From: a virus
Taxonomy: Duplodnaviria; Caudoviricetes
Reading direction: 5' to 3' (one strand)
Virus record (IMG/VR): IMGVR_UViG_3300025141_000149
Span: 1 to 50,741 of that record
Length of the DNA stretch: 50,741 bases
A program made the position numbers and the translations under genes. A model generated the notes under the pieces. It was not told the origin of the DNA and did no database searches. It was given only the letters and a program-made list of their open reading frames with translations. Of the stretch, positions 27,577 to 34,259 are shown one piece after another. Every line of letters begins with the position of its first letter. Position 1 is the first letter of the stretch.

Positions 27577-27949
27577 GTGACAATACTCCTTTCATTGTAT
27601 CTGAGTGATATGCTGTAGTTATATTATCAATATATCTTGGCTGACACTCACTGTATGCATGTTTATCGCTTACATATCTTCTATCAAGTTCGTTAGCAAT
27701 TTCGTGTATCAGGCGTGAACTCAGATCATTGGTGTGGAATATCTCTTGAAAACCACGTCCATGATACACTCCAGCCCTAAAATAAGAGTGTTGGTTTATA
27801 ACTACTCTTTCCTGTATTGCTTGACACTCTTCCCAGTGATGACTTCTTTTCATCCCGACAGTCCACTTGGAATATCTTTTCCCTTTATAGATATTATTAT
27901 ATCTCTGTTTACATCCATGACACATGGCATCCGTATTATCTTCATTCAT
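27566..27949 (-). CDS. Hypothetical early protein
   Basis: 127 aa, CHGC motif, overlapping operon chain. Confidence 0.65.
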   Translation of the reverse strand: MNEDNTDAMCHGCKQRYNNIYKGKRYSKWTVGMKRSHHWEECQAIQERVVINQHSYFRAGVYHGRGFQEIFHTNDLSSRLIHEIANELDRRYVSDKHAYSECQPRYIDNITTAYHSDTMKGVLSHEN

Positions 27950-28124
27950 CTTTTTCCCTTTCTTCTGTTATTGTTTTTTCTGTTAACTCAAAGTTCCTGA
28001 GAAAGAACTCACAGCATTCCATCCATCCCTTGTTTACATCTCTGTCCCTGCTCACTACTCCATACTTGTTAAAGTCTTTCTCATTCTCCTGACAAAGTAT
28101 CAGTATTTCTTTTAGGCTACTCAT
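27942..28124 (-). CDS. Hypothetical early protein
   Basis: GAGG RBS; NKGWMECCEFFL. Confidence 0.6.
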   Translation of the reverse strand: MSSLKEILILCQENEKDFNKYGVVSRDRDVNKGWMECCEFFLRNFELTEKTITEEREKDE

Positions 28125-28127
28125 ATA

Positions 28128-28355
28128 TTAATACCTCTCTTCTTCTGGCCAAATATGTTCACCATGTTCTAACAGATGTTGATAACTATCTTTACGATAT
28201 GGATATTTACTGCTGTCGTTACTATTGTAACAGTCATCACAGTATATGCCTGTAAATATACCATAAACATCATATCTTGCCCACCAATGCTGACCTATTG
28301 GTCTATGCATTTCTTCTTCTGCTTTACAACCACGACAGTATATTTTATCTTTCAT
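28128..28355 (-). CDS. Small zinc-finger-like early protein
   Basis: CRGC...YCDDC; AGGAG RBS. Confidence 0.7.
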   Translation of the reverse strand: MKDKIYCRGCKAEEEMHRPIGQHWWARYDVYGIFTGIYCDDCYNSNDSSKYPYRKDSYQHLLEHGEHIWPEEERY

Positions 28356-28376
28356 ATTTATTTTCTCCTTTTTTAT

Positions 28377-28613
28377 TTATCCGTAAACGTCTGAGTAACA
28401 GTCTGGATGATACCATCCTTCAGGCATATCTACTGTATCTTCACCCTCACACATTGGTTCTTGACAGCATTCACAAGTAGTGTGGTCTGCCATACTCATT
28501 TTACATTCATCACATTTTTCTTCTAATTTCTTTTCTGCCTTGGTTAATACTCGTATGCTCCCCAGTTTACCAGTGCCAGTATTATCTGTTGGTAATGGTT
28601 CATTCTTATTCAT
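28377..28613 (-). CDS. Small Cys-rich early protein
   Basis: CDEC, CECC, HPDC; AGGAG RBS. Confidence 0.7.
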   Translation of the reverse strand: MNKNEPLPTDNTGTGKLGSIRVLTKAEKKLEEKCDECKMSMADHTTCECCQEPMCEGEDTVDMPEGWYHPDCYSDVYG

Positions 28614-28653
28614 GTTATTCTCCTTTCTATTTGATATGGAGTATCAGCTATTA

Positions 28654-28809
28654 TCATTCAGCCTCCTTTTCAATGCTAACTATTTCAAAGCTATCTTCAG
28701 CATAATCACTGGGCAGCTCCATATTCATCAAGTCTCTTGCTATCCAGTTATCATCTTTTGAATCATCATACTGATACTCAAGTTCTATTTTTATCCTTGC
28801 TATCTTCAT
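28654..28809 (-). CDS. Small acidic protein (51 aa, not in ORF track)
   Basis: ATGA overlap; MKIARIKIELEYQYDDSKDDNWIARDLMNMELPSDYAEDSFEIVSIEKEAE. Confidence 0.6.
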   Translation of the reverse strand: MKIARIKIELEYQYDDSKDDNWIARDLMNMELPSDYAEDSFEIVSIEKEAE

Positions 28810-29111
28810 ACCCATTCCCCTTTATTTAGCTGTTCCCATACATCTTTAGCCTTCATTGGTTCAAAGTATAGATCACGCTGTAGTCTTGGTTGCATGCTCT
28901 TCAGCTCTTCCATGCTGAATGAACCCATCTCAACAGCATGTCCTTTCACTATACCCCAGCAATAGTCTCCATCTTTGTCCATATTCATAAGAAACCACTT
29001 CCAGCCTCCCATAGCATCAAAATATTTAGCTACTACCATCTGCTCCATATCAGAGCCATCATCAAACTGCTTCTGTGCTTTCTCTTTTATTTCTTTAGTC
29101 ATTAGTTTCAT
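28806..29111 (-). CDS. DUF2958-like protein
   Basis: MKLMTKEI...VVAKYF..GGWKWF...WGIVKG..VEMGSFSMEEL...RDLYFEP. Confidence 0.8.
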   Translation of the reverse strand: MKLMTKEIKEKAQKQFDDGSDMEQMVVAKYFDAMGGWKWFLMNMDKDGDYCWGIVKGHAVEMGSFSMEELKSMQPRLQRDLYFEPMKAKDVWEQLNKGEWV

Positions 29112-29289
29112 TTTGTTCCCTTTCTGTTAGTGTGTAGTTTCTTGCTATTGTATTCCAAAATACATAGAAGGCTGTATATATTGGGAGTCTTTCTTCCTTG
29201 GGCATTGCCTGTATTACCTCACCAAAGTATTCTGTTGCCTCATCTATTGTATCTCTTTCTCCAAACAGTCCATGTATTTGCAGTTCCAT
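29095..29289 (-). CDS. Hypothetical early protein
   Basis: AAAGGAGA RBS; 64 aa. Confidence 0.65.
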   Translation of the reverse strand: MELQIHGLFGERDTIDEATEYFGEVIQAMPKEERLPIYTAFYVFWNTIARNYTLTEREQNETND

Positions 29290-29290
29290 T

Positions 29291-29476
29291 TTATTCTCCT
29301 TTCTGTTTTTTAGCCATTGCTATAGCCCTCTCAACAACTGTTGTATCTTGATTATGGTCTTTCATTTCTTGCAGTGCTTCTTCTGGTGTCATGCCAAAAT
29401 GCTCCATGAAATATATTAACATATCTACTCCTTTGAGTTGTACAGTTTCCCATTTACTCATCACAGTCCTCCCCAT
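29291..29476 (-). CDS. Hypothetical early protein (start possibly 29461)
   Basis: Operon chain; GGAGG precedes the inner GTG/ATG. Confidence 0.6.
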   Translation of the reverse strand: MGRTVMSKWETVQLKGVDMLIYFMEHFGMTPEEALQEMKDHNQDTTVVERAIAMAKKQKGE

Positions 29477-29687
29477 AACATATTGTATTTACAGTCTTTC
29501 TATCCATACCAGCATTATCAAGTACATCCCATGCCATATCTGGTATAATACCTTCTATTTCTTTTTCTGTCATATCATCTTCAACCCAGTTGTGTATGTC
29601 AAAGTCTGGAAGGTCTTGCATATGCATTCCAGTATTTTTAGATATGAACTCATTTAGTTTACTCCATGCTAATCCCTGTTTACTCAT
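29454..29687 (-). CDS. Acidic hypothetical early protein (start MSKQGL)
   Basis: AAAGGAAAGG RBS before the ATG at 29687. Confidence 0.65.
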   Translation of the reverse strand: MSKQGLAWSKLNEFISKNTGMHMQDLPDFDIHNWVEDDMTEKEIEGIIPDMAWDVLDNAGMDRKTVNTICYGEDCDE

Positions 29688-29727
29688 TTTGCCTTTCCTT
29701 TCCTTTTGTTTTGTTGTTATTAAATTT

Positions 29728-29766
29728 GTGTAAAGGCAGGGGAGTACCAAAAACCTGCCCTTACAC
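29728..29766 (-). other. Intergenic RNA hairpin
   Basis: GTGTAAGGGCAGG pairs with CCTGCCTTTACAC (13 bp, one G-U on the - strand); no U-tract. Confidence 0.55.
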
Positions 29767-29847
29767 TGTATAACACACAGCTTAAAAAAGTCCGTTCCAC
29801 TGTGTGCATTATCCTCCTGTCACTCAGGTCGAAGTGAGTGTTAGAGA

Positions 29848-30195
29848 TTACTTAGCTGCGAGAGATGGTAATACTTCTCCAGCTCCCATTTCTACCCATA
29901 TACTATCATGGAATGATACTCCATATACAGACTCAATTGCAGTTAGTACATTTCTACAACTCTCATCTATTTCTTCTGCATGTCCCCAACTATCATTTAC
30001 TGATGGGTCATCTCCAAATGGACACCACATTAACCAAGCTGTACCTTCCTCTTCGTCTCTGTCAGGAGATACTCCTGTGTTATCATACCATACACTCCAA
30101 TAAGAACTTGTAGTGCTGTCTGGTATCATTGTCTTTTGTAAGTGTACCCAATTATCTGGGAGTGTTATGTCTTTACTTATTGGTGATGCTGGCAT
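29848..30195 (-). CDS. Acidic early protein
   Basis: AGGAG RBS; about 20 D/E versus 5 K/R in 115 aa. Confidence 0.7.
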   Translation of the reverse strand: MPASPISKDITLPDNWVHLQKTMIPDSTTSSYWSVWYDNTGVSPDRDEEEGTAWLMWCPFGDDPSVNDSWGHAEEIDESCRNVLTAIESVYGVSFHDSIWVEMGAGEVLPSLAAK

Positions 30196-30377
30196 TATTC
30201 TGCTCCTTTCCCTTTATATCCATATTGTGCTAACCTTGCAGGTAGCACTACCTTCATATCACAATTATAACAACATTGACCACTTGCAACAGGCTCGGCA
30301 TTACATCCACCTTCCCAACCATAAGGATCAGGTGTTATCTCTTGCTTACATATTACACATTTACCACTGGTTTTCAT
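30195..30377 (-). CDS. Small zinc-finger-like early protein
   Basis: CVIC...GCNAEPV..GQCCYNCD..VVLPARL; GGGAG RBS. Confidence 0.75.
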   Translation of the reverse strand: MKTSGKCVICKQEITPDPYGWEGGCNAEPVASGQCCYNCDMKVVLPARLAQYGYKGKGAE

Positions 30378-30392
30378 CTTTACTCCCTTCTG

Positions 30393-30638
30393 TTATCTAT
30401 ATGGATTATTATTCATCAACTCTCTTATTTCAGGATAACAAACATCACAAATCAGAGCATCAATCATATATCTTTCTTTGTTTTGTATTGTTGGAAACTT
30501 GACAGCATTTAGTTTGTCATACCTTTTCTGTTTATTACAATGGTCGCATTTCCTTTCCTTTGGTGTACAGATATACTTTACTGTACCATTGAAAAGGATT
30601 TCTTCTTTCACATTAAAATCAGTTGTATTTATTTCCAT
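30393..30638 (-). CDS. Small zinc-finger-like early protein
   Basis: CDHC...CDVC; AAGGAAAGG RBS. Confidence 0.65.
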   Translation of the reverse strand: MEINTTDFNVKEEILFNGTVKYICTPKERKCDHCNKQKRYDKLNAVKFPTIQNKERYMIDALICDVCYPEIRELMNNNPYR

Positions 30639-30691
30639 TTGCCTTTCCTTTCCTTTTAGTAATTATTTACAGCAAAAATCAAATAATAATA

Positions 30692-30731
30692 ACAACAAAA
30701 AACCCCCACTAAAATTAATTAGTGGAGGTTT
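30692..30731 (-). terminator. Rho-independent terminator
   Basis: AAACCTCCACTAA/TTAGTGGGGGTTT stem followed by a T-run on the - strand, just after the 30755 gene. Confidence 0.75.
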
Positions 30732-30754
30732 ACTGTTTTTTTTACTTGGCTAAT

Positions 30755-31177
30755 TTACTTGGTTTTTGTTTCCGCAAACTTCTTTCCGTTCCAAGTATGA
30801 ACTACACCGCCAATTTGAATATATTCACCTACTTGTGAATTTTTCCCTTCCGCATAAATCTTTAGTTCATTTATGCTACATGGGTTATTCATTGTTAAGG
30901 TTTTGCCACTTTCCGCATGAGTTACTTCTACACTTTCATCAAGTGGAAACAATAACCTTTCACCGTTTATTGTTTGAACTTCACTCTTTTTTGTCCGAGT
31001 GTTTGTCTTAACAATTTGAGTTCCACTAATATCCATAAAGTTATTAGGATATTTTTCCCTCAAATATTCTTTACAAACATCATAAAGTTCATTGGCTATT
31101 TGTTTCCCCAAAGAAACATTTCCAGAGGTTGCTGGTTTTCTTGTTTTATCTTGTCCTAACATATCGTATAGATTCAT
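30755..31177 (-). CDS. Hypothetical protein, first gene of the - arm (start MNLYDML)
   Basis: AAAAGGA RBS before the ATG at 31177; has its own terminator. Confidence 0.7.
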   Translation of the reverse strand: MNLYDMLGQDKTRKPATSGNVSLGKQIANELYDVCKEYLREKYPNNFMDISGTQIVKTNTRTKKSEVQTINGERLLFPLDESVEVTHAESGKTLTMNNPCSINELKIYAEGKNSQVGEYIQIGGVVHTWNGKKFAETKTK

Positions 31178-31329
31178 GATATTCCTTTTATTTATTATTA
31201 TTAAGTGACTTTCCATAATTAAGATAGTTTCCCCTCGGTCTTTCCTTAATTATCCCTATTTTCAAAGAGCAACTATCCAATAAATACCCCATCCAATGAA
31301 AGTAATGTAAAAACATACATATGAGAAAA

Positions 31330-31410
31330 ACAAGAACTATTTTAAATTATTTTACATTTAAATAATAATTGTTGTGTATATGGTCAATAGTATTATATTA
31401 CTCATGTTAA
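31330..31410. promoter_or_regulatory. AT-rich divergent promoter region
   Basis: Lies between divergent genes; TTGTGT-N16-TATATT on + and TTGACC-N17-TATTTA on -; weak matches. Confidence 0.4.
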
Positions 31411-31440
31411 TTATTAATGATAAATAAGAAAGGTAATAAA

Positions 31441-31590
31441 ATGAAAATAAAAGAACAACCTACTATATATAATGATGAAGTAAGTAAATGCGGTATAATG
31501 TTAAATGTTAAGGGTGAAATGTATATTATAAGGGATGGTAAAAAAATGCGGTTAAATGCATTCATAATAAAAGAAAGGAAAGGTAATTAA
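31441..31590 (+). CDS. Small hypothetical protein (49 aa, not in ORF track)
   Basis: AAGAAAGGT RBS; MKIKEQPTIYNDEVSKCGIMLNVKGEMYIIRDGKKMRLNAFIIKERKGN. Confidence 0.6.
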   Translation: MKIKEQPTIYNDEVSKCGIMLNVKGEMYIIRDGKKMRLNAFIIKERKGN

Positions 31591-31591
31591 T

Positions 31592-31933
31592 ATGGAAAAT
31601 GAATTATATATCTTATTTTTAGAGAATAGATTGAAAGAAGTAAAGTTATTACATACAAATGAAGTAGATGAAGTTGATAAGTTAAAAGCGGAGAATGAAC
31701 AACTCACTCAAACCATTAAATATAGTAATGGAAACGATGGTTTATATGATGAAATAGTAGAAAGCAATGAATACCTTGAAGATCAAATAAAAGATCTAAA
31801 AGCGGAACTCTCCAAATTTCAAAGCGGTAATGCAAAGGAATATGTGGACAAGTTAAAAGCGGATAATGTTAAATTGTTTAAGAAGTTAAATGATGCTAAC
31901 AAACAAATAATAGCGGAACGAGTTAATAGATAA
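31592..31933 (+). CDS. Coiled-coil protein
   Basis: AAAGGAAAGGT RBS; heptad pattern with repeated LKA(E/D). Confidence 0.75.
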   Translation: MENELYILFLENRLKEVKLLHTNEVDEVDKLKAENEQLTQTIKYSNGNDGLYDEIVESNEYLEDQIKDLKAELSKFQSGNAKEYVDKLKADNVKLFKKLNDANKQIIAERVNR

Positions 31934-32047
31934 CTCATGATTATAGGTGCGTATGATATGGCTATTATATTGTTGCGTGTATATAAGGTAAGCAAAGCCA
32001 CTCATGCAATAACATAAGCCATTACAATATCCGTACATAATAACATT

Positions 32048-32078
32048 AACCCCGCTTGTATTGGCGGGGGTTTTGTTT
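32048..32078 (+). terminator. Rho-independent terminator
   Basis: CCCCGCT/GGCGGGG stem followed by GTTTTGTTT. Confidence 0.8.
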
Positions 32079-32279
32079 ATGCTATGCAATGGCGTTGCCT
32101 TTCCTCAAATATGCGGAGAAATTCATCTAAAATTATAATTAAACCTAAAAAACAATGTAATCCGACCTCCTACGAGGACATTTCAACGGGGGTGGGTAGA
32201 TAAATAAACCCTCACACTCATTCTAATGTAATTTTTCAAAATTTTCAACTTTTGTGTCTTCTGACACACATTCTACAGC

Positions 32280-32340
32280 AATATATTATTATAAAGGAAC
32301 TTTATTATATATTATGTATTATATATTATATTATATATTA
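32280..32340. repeat. AT-rich array of ATATATTA repeats
   Basis: Copies start at 32281, 32307, 32321 and 32333. Confidence 0.7.
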
Positions 32341-32359
32341 TAAGGAATTTTACAGGAAT

Positions 32360-32394
32360 TTGCAAATTAATCACAAACTGATGTATATTACCAC
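32360..32394 (+). promoter_or_regulatory. Late promoter, probably giving a leaderless mRNA
   Basis: TTGCAA-N18-TATATT ends 5 nt before the ATG; no SD. Confidence 0.55.
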
Positions 32395-33159
32395 ATGGAT
32401 TTCAAAGAAATAAAAAACACAAAACATTACCTGTATGACAATGAGCAAGAATTTGCTGTATACTTCCCCGATGGGGTTGTTCGCCATAACTGGCGTCACG
32501 GAGATGAGGGAGAATGGGTTTATACAGATGATGGCTTTGTGTGTCAAATCCTGCGTAAATCAAAAATAAAGGAGAAAAATCGGTCTGTAACATGTGTTCG
32601 TACTGTTTGTGGTACATATCTTGCAAGAGACAAAAAGAAAGAGATGCTTGGCGAAGATGGTATTGCAGAGAACATTTACACATTTTCTGGCACAAACGTT
32701 AGCCAGAGGGCTTTCAATGAAAGAGGTCGTAATTCTAGAGAGCTTTTGTTTGCTAAGTACGTTGCTGGTGGTCTAGGTGCTGTTGAAGCTTACAAGAGGG
32801 CGTATCCAGATGCAAGGAGTTCAAACTATATAAAAGCTCGGACTGATAAACTTCTAAAAACGGAGACAATTAGAAAAATGATAGACAAGCAAATAGAAGA
32901 AATTCTAAATGAAGAGGGTGTTACACCTAATTGGCTGATTGAGAGATACAAAACAATTGCTGATTTAGCTGAAAATGATAATGCAAAACTTAGGTCGCTT
33001 GATAGCTTATCAAAGATTGCAGGTTTATTTGACCTTGGAGAGAAAAAATCAGAGCAAGTAACAATTTGGGCGGGTTTTTCGCCTGAGCAGCTAGAAGGAG
33101 TTAAAAAACATGGAGAACCAGAACTCATCGCACATGCAGAAAAAGCCACAGACGACTAA
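32395..33159 (+). CDS. terS: Terminase small subunit with N-terminal extra domain
   Basis: FAKYVAGG..AVEAYKRAY...KLRSLDSLSKIAGLF; first late gene, upstream of terL. Confidence 0.7.
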   Translation: MDFKEIKNTKHYLYDNEQEFAVYFPDGVVRHNWRHGDEGEWVYTDDGFVCQILRKSKIKEKNRSVTCVRTVCGTYLARDKKKEMLGEDGIAENIYTFSGTNVSQRAFNERGRNSRELLFAKYVAGGLGAVEAYKRAYPDARSSNYIKARTDKLLKTETIRKMIDKQIEEILNEEGVTPNWLIERYKTIADLAENDNAKLRSLDSLSKIAGLFDLGEKKSEQVTIWAGFSPEQLEGVKKHGEPELIAHAEKATDD

Positions 33160-33358
33160 AAAAAGGGAAACTGTTGATCCTTGTCCAATTTGTAGCAAGG
33201 AATTACACTTAAATAGCGAATTTACTCAAAGAGTTGGTCTTATTGGTGACTTTGATGATGTTATAGGCTGGATGTGTCCCCATTGTAGCTCTGAGTTTGA
33301 TGTTGATGACCATTTAACAAAATTTTTAGGTGAAGGTAACATAAGGGGAGAGGCATAA
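33110..33358 (+). CDS. Zinc-ribbon protein
   Basis: CPIC...WMCPHC; AAGGAG RBS. Confidence 0.7.
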   Translation: MENQNSSHMQKKPQTTKKRETVDPCPICSKELHLNSEFTQRVGLIGDFDDVIGWMCPHCSSEFDVDDHLTKFLGEGNIRGEA

Positions 33359-33747
33359 TGCCATATTTCGGTAAAAAATCTAAGGAGAGACTAAATACTT
33401 GTGACAGTAAGTTGCAAAAAGTATTTAATGAAGTGATTAAGCACGTTGATTGCTCGGTGCTGGAGGGTCATAGGGAAAAGGATAGACAAAATAAGCTGTA
33501 TGAAGAGGGAAAGACGAAGGTAAAGTATCCAAATGGGCGACATAATCGTCAGCCTTCTTCCGCTGTTGATGTTACGCCCTATCCTGTTGACTGGAAGGAT
33601 CGAGAGAGGCAAACACTGTTTGCTGGTTTTGTTATTGGCGTTGCTAGTCAGATGAACATTAACTTACGCTGGGGCGGTGACTGGGATCAGGACTTTCAAG
33701 TTGTAGACAACCGCTTCGATGACTTTCCTCATTTTGAACTGAAGTGA
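33358..33747 (+). CDS. Endolysin, L-alanyl-D-glutamate peptidase (M15)
   Basis: EGHR...QNKLY..G, RHN..S.AVD, RWGGDW, DFPHFEL. Confidence 0.9.
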   Translation: MPYFGKKSKERLNTCDSKLQKVFNEVIKHVDCSVLEGHREKDRQNKLYEEGKTKVKYPNGRHNRQPSSAVDVTPYPVDWKDRERQTLFAGFVIGVASQMNINLRWGGDWDQDFQVVDNRFDDFPHFELK

Positions 33748-33884
33748 CAAAAAGGGATGCTGCTCGTTTACTCAACCTGTTTGTGGGGCTTTACAACCTC
33801 TACTTATGGCATATAGGCGGTGCATTATTCATATTCATACTCGGATGTTTAAATATAGGAGCTTATGTATTTGGTAAGAAGTGA
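33744..33884 (+). CDS. Two-TM small membrane protein, holin candidate (46 aa, not in ORF track)
   Basis: GTGA overlap with the endolysin; LLNLFVGLYNLYLWHIGGALFIFILGCLNIGAYVFGKK. Confidence 0.55.
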   Translation: MTKRDAARLLNLFVGLYNLYLWHIGGALFIFILGCLNIGAYVFGKK

Positions 33885-34123
33885 GTCTTATAACAACTAT
33901 ATATCTCTGTTTAGTTGCTGGCTTTTTAGCTCTAGAGGTAGACAGGGAAAAACCGAAGCCTTATCCGCTTGGTACTACAGGAGACACTTTAATGGTTAGA
34001 ATCGTAGGATATGGATTTTGCCCCCAATATTGCAATGTAGATCACTTTCACATTGGACATTTTAAAAATTACGACTGTGAAGAGGGTGTATGTACACATA
34101 TAACAATAAACGATGAAGAGTGA
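33881..34123 (+). CDS. Signal/TM-anchored Cys/His-rich small protein
   Basis: Hydrophobic N-terminus; CPQYCNVDHFHIGH. Confidence 0.6.
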   Translation: MSLITTIYLCLVAGFLALEVDREKPKPYPLGTTGDTLMVRIVGYGFCPQYCNVDHFHIGHFKNYDCEEGVCTHITINDEE

Positions 34124-34259
34124 TTTAGGAAAACTTATAGTGTTTGTATGGATGTCTATTACAGTCTACTTCATGTTTTGTATGTGGGCAGACCTAAAAT
34201 ATATGACTGACCTCATACATGCCTATATTTCATTGACAATGGAGCACATTAGAAACTAA
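34113..34259 (+). CDS. Small single-TM protein (48 aa, not in ORF track)
   Basis: MKSDLGKLIVFVWMSITVYFMFCMWADLK...; stop abuts the terL start. Confidence 0.5.
   Translation: MKSDLGKLIVFVWMSITVYFMFCMWADLKYMTDLIHAYISLTMEHIRN

Larger units (their letters stand above)
29688..30657. repeat. 20-bp direct repeat TTTGCCTTTCCTTTCCTTTT
   Basis: Identical at 29688-29707 and 30638-30657, each an RBS region on the - strand. Confidence 0.8.

Noticed and set aside
28634-28779. Inverted repeats ATATGGAG/CTCCATAT and GAGTATCAG/CTGATACTC
   Set aside because: Short, far apart and largely within a plausible coding region; probably chance
31487-31514. Second dif-like sequence (TGCGGTATAATGTTAAATGTTAA)
   Set aside because: Arm spacing does not fit a 6-8 bp spacer and it lies inside a likely ORF
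31488-31920. GCGG repeats as operator or iteron array
   Set aside because: Irregular spacing; better explained as a by-product of GCG codons avoiding CAG/CTG
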